Source of the DNA: Macrostomum lignano
Lineage: Eukaryota
Assembly (NCBI GenBank): GCA_002269645.1
Contig: NIVC01000010.1
Location: 744,001 to 808,000, forward strand
Direction of reading: 5' to 3'
DNA length: 64,000 bases
Positions 57,459 to 64,000 of the stretch are shown here, piece after piece (position 1 is the first letter of the stretch; each line of letters opens with the position of its first letter). Under the pieces are notes generated by a model. It had not been told where the DNA came from and made no database searches. It worked only from the letters and a program-made list of their open reading frames with translations. The position numbers and the translations under genes are program-made.

Positions 57459-60104
57459 GAGTCGATAGATATGCCTGTATACAGGTAGATTGATGAGTAG
57501 ATAGATATGCTTGTATACAGGTAGATTGATGAGTAGATAGATATGCCTGTATACAGGTAGATTGATGAGTAGATAGATATGCCTGTATACAGGTAGATTG
57601 ATGAGTAGATAGATATGCTTGTATACAGGTAGATTGATGAGTCGATAGATATGCCTGTATACAGGTAGATTGATGAGTAGATAGATATGCTTGTATACAG
57701 GTAGATTGATGAGTCGATAGATATGCCTGTATACAGGTAGATTGATGAGTAGATAGATATGCTTGTATACAGGTAGATTGATGAGTCGATAGATATGCTT
57801 GTATACAGGTAGATTGATGAGTAGATAGATAGATAAGTATACAGGTATATTGATGAGTCGATAGATAGATAAGTATACAGGTAGATTGATGAGTAGATAG
57901 AAGTATACAGGTAGATTGATGAGTAGATAGAAGTATACAGGTAGATTGATGAGTGGATAAAGTATACAGGTAGATTGATGAGTAGATAGAAGTCTACAGG
58001 TAGATTGATGAGTAGATAGAAGTATACAGGTAGATTGATGAGTCGATAGATAGATAAGTATACAGGTACATTGATGAGTAGATAGATAAGTATACAGGTA
58101 GATTGATGAGTAGATAGATAAGTATACAGGTAGATTGATGAGTAGATAGATAAGTATACAGGTAGATTGATGAGTAGATAGATAAGTATACAGGTAGATT
58201 GATGAGTAGATAGATGTATACAGGTAGATTGATGAGTAGATAAAGTATACAGGTAGATTGATGAGTAGATAGAAGTATACAGGTAGATTGATGAGTAGAT
58301 AGATAAGTATACAGGTAGATTGATGAGTAGATAGAAGTATACAGGTAGATTGATGAGTAGATAGAAGTATACAGGTAGATTGATGAGTAGATAGAAGTAT
58401 ACAGGTAGATTGATGAGTAGATAGATAAGTATACAGGTAGATTGATGAGTAGATAGATAAGTATACAGGTAGATTGATGAGTAGATAGAAGTATACAGGT
58501 AGATTGATGAGTAGATAGAAGTATACAGGTAGATTGATGAGTTGATAGAAGTATACAGGTAGATTGATGAGTAGATAGATAAGTATACAGGTAGATTGAT
58601 GAGTGGATAGATAAGTATACAGGTAGATTGATGAGTAGATAGATATGCCTGTATACAGGTAGATTGATGAGTAGATAGATAAGTATACAGGTAGATTGAT
58701 GAGTAGATAGATAAGTCTACAGGTAGATTGATGAGTAGATAGATAAGTATACAGGTAGATTGATGAGTAGATAGATAAGTATACAGGTAGATTGATGAGT
58801 AGATAGATATGCTTGTATACAGGTAGATTGATGAGTCGATAGATATGCCTGTATACAGGTAGATTGATGAGTAGATAGATATGCTTGTATACAGGTAGAT
58901 TGATGAGTCGATAGATATGCCTGTATACAGGTAGATTGATGAGTAGATAGATATGCTTGTATACAGGTAGATTGATGAGTCGATAGATATGCTTGTATAC
59001 AGGTAGATTGATGAGTAGATAGATAGATAAGTATACAGGTATATTGATGAGTCGATAGATAGATAAGTATACAGGTAGATTGATGAGTAGATAGAAGTAT
59101 ACAGGTAGATTGATGAGTAGATAGAAGTATACAGGTAGATTGATGAGTGGATAAAGTATACAGGTAGATTGATGAGTAGATAGAAGTCTACAGGTAGATT
59201 GATGAGTAGATAGAAGTATACAGGTAGATTGATGAGTCGATAGATAGATAAGTATACAGGTACATTGATGAGTAGATAGATAAGTATACAGGTAGATTGA
59301 TGAGTAGATAGATAAGTATACAGGTAGATTGATGAGTAGATAGATAAGTATACAGGTAGATTGATGAGTAGATAGATAAGTATACAGGTAGATTGATGAG
59401 TAGATAGAAGTATACAGATAGATTGATGAGTAGATAAAGTATACAGGTAGATTGATGAGTAGATAGAAGTATACAGGTAGATTGATGAGTAGATAGATAA
59501 GTATACAGGTAGATTGATGAGTAGATAGATAAGTATGCAGGTAGATTGATGAGTAGATAGATAAGTATACAGGTAGATTGATGAGTAGATAGAAGTATAC
59601 AGGTAGATTGATGAGTAGATAGAAGTATACAGGTAGATTGATGAGTAGATAGAAGTATACAGGTAGATTGATGAGTAGATAGATAAGTATACAGGTAGAT
59701 TGATGAGTAGATAGATAAGTATACAGGTAGATTGATGAGTAGATAGAAGTATACAGGTAGATTGATGAGTAGATAGATAAGTCTACAGGTAGATTGATGA
59801 GTAGATAGATAAGCCTGTATACAGGTAGATTGATGAGTAGATAGATAAGTATACAGGTAGATTGATGAGTAGATAGATAAGTCTACAGGTAGATTGATGA
59901 GTAGATAGATAAGTATACAGGTAGATTGATGAGTAGATAGATAAGTATACAGGTAGATTGATGAGTAGATAGAAGTATACAGGTAGATTGATGGTTAGAT
60001 AGATGGGCAGATAGACAGATGTTATATCGATGCGCAGATATTCGCAGATGCTTCAATCTACAGAAAGAGAACAGCCAGCTTTACCATAGACAAAAGCTGC
60101 TCAC

Positions 60105-63954
<3,850 letters not shown>

Positions 63955-64000
63955 CTGCGGGATGGGGGGGGGGCATTGAGGATCTGGGAGGCTGGCCCAG

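Overview
Eukaryotic, intron-rich animal genomic DNA with GC-rich exons, very AT-rich spacers and introns packed with minisatellites. The style suggests a free-living flatworm such as Macrostomum; this is inference and was not verified. Hand-assembled host genes: (i) the 3' end of a C-type lectin + PAN/Apple-like gene (1-427, + strand, frameshifted); (ii) an intact UBE2D/Ubc4-type E2 (10757-12457, +, 2 exons, 148 aa); (iii) a 10-exon type I membrane protein gene (13810-26528, +, ~650 aa) with signal peptide, Tyr/Ser/Arg-rich segment, CUB, CUB, six-Cys Shisa-like domain, TM helix and PPxY tail; (iv) a 13-exon TFIIIC B-block-binding subunit GTF3C1-like gene (49610->30787, -, ~1750 aa); (v) the 3' part of an SR-cyclophilin PPIG/NKTR-like gene (~57458->50975, -) with a heptad-repeat RS domain. 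Mobile DNA: a young, intact Mag-type Ty3/Gypsy element with identical 188-bp LTRs and a 5-bp TSD in an intron; a decayed piggyBac; an internally deleted Crypton-like remnant; a non-autonomous hAT holding a nested 277-bp MITE that carries a 64-bp piece of 28S rRNA spanning the R2/I-PpoI target site; a 5'-truncated RNase H-bearing LINE with a 13-bp TSD; and three copies of a tRNA-derived SINE. From ~57455 to the end of the window the sequence is a near-identical direct copy of ~40557-47100 (offset ~16.9 kb) that cuts the PPIG-like gene; it is either a very recent tandem duplication or a mis-assembly. Most long ORFs in the supplied track are by-products of minisatellites.
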